Origin: Camelus ferus | Taxonomy: Eukaryota | Length of the DNA: 64,000 bases | Assembly: GCF_009834535.1 (NCBI RefSeq) | Contig: NC_045696.1 | Location: forward strand, 47,680,001-47,744,000 | Direction: 5' to 3' | Shown here: positions 62,643 to 64,000 of the stretch, piece after piece | How the letters are laid out: each line of letters begins with the position of its first letter | How positions within the stretch are numbered: position 1 is the first letter of the stretch | The notes under the pieces: model-generated | What the model saw: only the letters and a program-made list of their open reading frames with translations | Databases searched by the model: none | What the model was told of the DNA's origin: nothing | Position numbers and translations under genes: made by a program

Positions 62643-64000
62643 TCTCCACCCAGTAACAATTCATGGAAAGCAATTCCTGCCATTCTTATCCAACCACTGT
62701 GCCAGCTGTTGCTCTCCTTTTAACCTCTTGCCCCTCAAGATTCTCTGCTTATACTCCTCAATCCCCTTACCCACCCACAGTATTTCATTTTCAAGTGCCC
62801 TCATCCATAACTCTCTCCAATATCTTAACTCCCATATCTTCTTCTCAAGGAACAAGGCATTTTAAGCAACAATTTAAATCCTTTAAAACCAAGCCTTTTC
62901 CTGGAGAATCCAACTGTTGTTTTTGCACACTAGACTGAAACATATGTACTTATATTTTGATCCTGAGTAAGTCACACGGTAAGGGCTCAATTACAGGTTG
63001 CAGCAGGAAAAAAAAAAAGCATCATGAAATGATAGAACAGCCTTTACTTCAGATCTACACTAGATTATCAAGTTTATCTTCTGAGATTACCAGAATCATG
63101 AGAACAGACTGCTTCCCTATGGGACTAATACTAACACCCACAGAGCTACCTGCAGAGGAAATCTGGCCCCATTCACGTCCACAGTGATTCTCCAGAAATG
63201 CGTTCTTTGCTTTCAGTTTAGTGAAGCATGGAAGACTTAGCAAATGACAGACTGTGTTTTGATAGTGAGCCAACTGGGCAGGGCTCCTTGATAGTTCTCT
63301 GTTCTGTAAACTAGCTAGTACATTGCTGATGCTCAATAAATGCCACATATTATCAACTATCAATTATTCAGTGTATAATGACGAAGATGCCTTGGCATGC
63401 ATTACCCCTCAAAGCCTCATCAAGAACTTGTGTGATCCAGACACCACATCATAAAACAGATTGATATTTTTACTTAAACTGCTAGACTGTATACATTTGT
63501 ATTAATGACACATCTTTAAATTACTCCAATTTGTTTATAGAGACAGCCAACAGAACTCACTGAAATTATTGAACATCAATAACATAGAGAAATTTTTTTA
63601 AGTTAGGCCAGTACAATATTTGCAAACATTACTATGATAGCCTCAGATGATAACTGACTAATGTATTGTGTCCATTCAAGCACCTTGCTCTATACCCATA
63701 CTCTTTTCTTTCCTGGAATTTTCTTCCTCCCCCAACTGGATTTGTCCTCATGAAAAAATCCAACTGACCTCATTTGGAAACTTCCTCTGAAATGACCTTC
63801 TCCCACACAAGAAACAATGTTTGATAGATCTTTGTAACAACTTTAGTACTAGGAACAATGTACATGGAATGTGTTCAAAATAGATAGATTCTAAGAAGTG
63901 CCTAGATCATTGGGGGTGTCCAGTAAAACAGCTGAATGAAGGAACACCTGAAGCATAAATCTGTAAATTCCCCATTGTCTGTCTTTACATTACTGTGTGG

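Noticed and set aside
55000..64000. A neighbouring gene upstream of MORC1
   Set aside because: I could not identify exons with coding character. The region is dominated by MaLR, L2 and other decayed repeats.
1..64000. Prokaryote-style systems (CRISPR arrays, operons, defence islands)
   Set aside because: The sequence is clearly mammalian intron/exon DNA with no regularly spaced repeat-spacer array and no dense ORFs.

Overview
This is AT-rich, repeat-dense mammalian genomic DNA, most likely from a camelid (Camelus/Vicugna/Lama), judging by two short tRNA-derived SINEs and the lineage-type L1 3' ends. The window holds the 5' part of MORC1 (Microrchidia 1, a germline GHKL ATPase and transposon repressor) on the minus strand. 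Twelve coding exons run from the ATG at 54593 down to 1136. All have GT-AG junctions and join into one uninterrupted frame of 1034 nt: [43 protein letters not shown]...DDGCGM...[10 protein letters not shown]...GTLLVVY...[10 protein letters not shown]. The gene continues past the left edge of the window. A small CpG-island promoter at ~54520-54735 carries tandem EGR-type sites and a CTCF/CTCFL-like motif. The region 54.8-64 kb is upstream intergenic sequence made mostly of old repeats. Most ORFs in the supplied track are spurious or L1 fragments. I found no convincing novel multi-gene system. The leads worth checking are: a palindromic, U1-mimicking donor on the exon that carries the catalytic residues; a candidate 90-nt poison exon in intron 11; and a composite L1 insertion (internal deletion, doubled 3' end, extra tail sequence) inside a single target-site duplication. 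Repeat family names come from recalled consensus motifs, not from a database search.
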